Shown piece after piece: positions 63,511-64,000 of a stretch of 64,000 nucleotides of DNA. How positions within the stretch are numbered: position 1 is the stretch's first letter; each line of letters begins with the position of its first letter. Location of the stretch: contig MCFE01000444.1 in assembly GCA_002104905.1 (NCBI GenBank), positions 9,784 through 73,783 on the forward strand, written 5' to 3'. The notes under the pieces were generated by a model, which was not told where the DNA came from, made no database searches, and worked only from the letters and a program-made list of their open reading frames with translations. This DNA is from Basidiobolus meristosporus CBS 931.73. Lineage: Eukaryota > Fungi > Basidiobolomycota. A program made the translations under genes and the position numbers.

Positions 63511-63524
63511 ATTATCAGATTTCC

Positions 63525-64000
63525 CTATAAAAATAATCTGGTCTGGCAGGTGGATCCAATCTGGATCAGCCACCAGGATCCTGCTTAGAGACCATCATAA
63601 TACCAGCAGTTTGGAATGAGTGACCCTCTTAACAATCTTATGATGGGATCACAACGTTGCCTTGTTAATTTTATAACCAGATAGAGGGATAAAACTTGAC
63701 AAGATTTAATTGGTGCTGTGACAATAATTGCATGGCATTGTTACGGAATTTTAGCACTCTACAACTATTTTAAGTGTATCCAACCAGCCAGGACATCCAA
63801 TTTCCTTATATGTCAAGGAACGTGACAGAATCTTCTCAGCCTCACAGCAAGACTCTGATGGCATTACATTGGCAGTATGACAGCCTACAGCTGGTTCTAT
63901 ATAATGCTACTGTACCAATTTATCAAATGGTATTTCCTTTTTCTACCTCCCCTTGTGTATTTCATATATTCCACTGTAGAGTCACCCCTCTTTATTTGCT
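63525..64000. repeat. ~600-bp repeat, copy 4, running off the window end
   Basis: GTGGATCCAATCTGGATC start and shared core. Confidence 0.65.

Noticed and set aside
55200-64000. Classical ascomycete RIP (CpA to TpA)
   Set aside because: Visible changes are mainly CpG to TpG/CpA and CA/TG remain abundant. RIP indices were not computed.

Overview
Eukaryotic DNA, most likely from a repeat-rich early-diverging fungus (inferred from the Mucoromycota/Zoopagomycota-like ammonium transporter). About 90% of the window is a nested transposon graveyard. It holds two truncated copies of one Ty3/gypsy element plus relics of a second gypsy family, and at least three Ty1/copia-type LTR families, including a very young 4.1-kb element with identical LTRs and a perfect TSD. 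It also holds several decayed CACTA (Transposase_21-like) copies, a PIF/Harbinger-superfamily (DDE_Tnp_4) transposase pseudogene with a related MITE, and probable L1-like relics. The only intact host gene is an intronless Amt/MEP ammonium transporter (51523-52899, +), with a TATA box and a GATA-site cluster, inside a ~6-kb CpG-rich island; the surrounding repeats are strongly CpG-depleted. Most short ORFs in the track are TE fragments or noise. I found no rRNA, tRNA gene or CRISPR array. The best candidate for an undescribed system is a TIR-transposon family with AGACTTG termini, ANT-type target sites and subterminal GGCAC motifs phased at 10 bp, linked to a DDE transposase, an unknown ORF and a MITE. 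Also notable: a His-to-Glu pore variant in the MEP, a methylation boundary recorded in sister LTRs, and a trans-mobilised integrase-deficient copia. All alignments were done by eye, without database searches.
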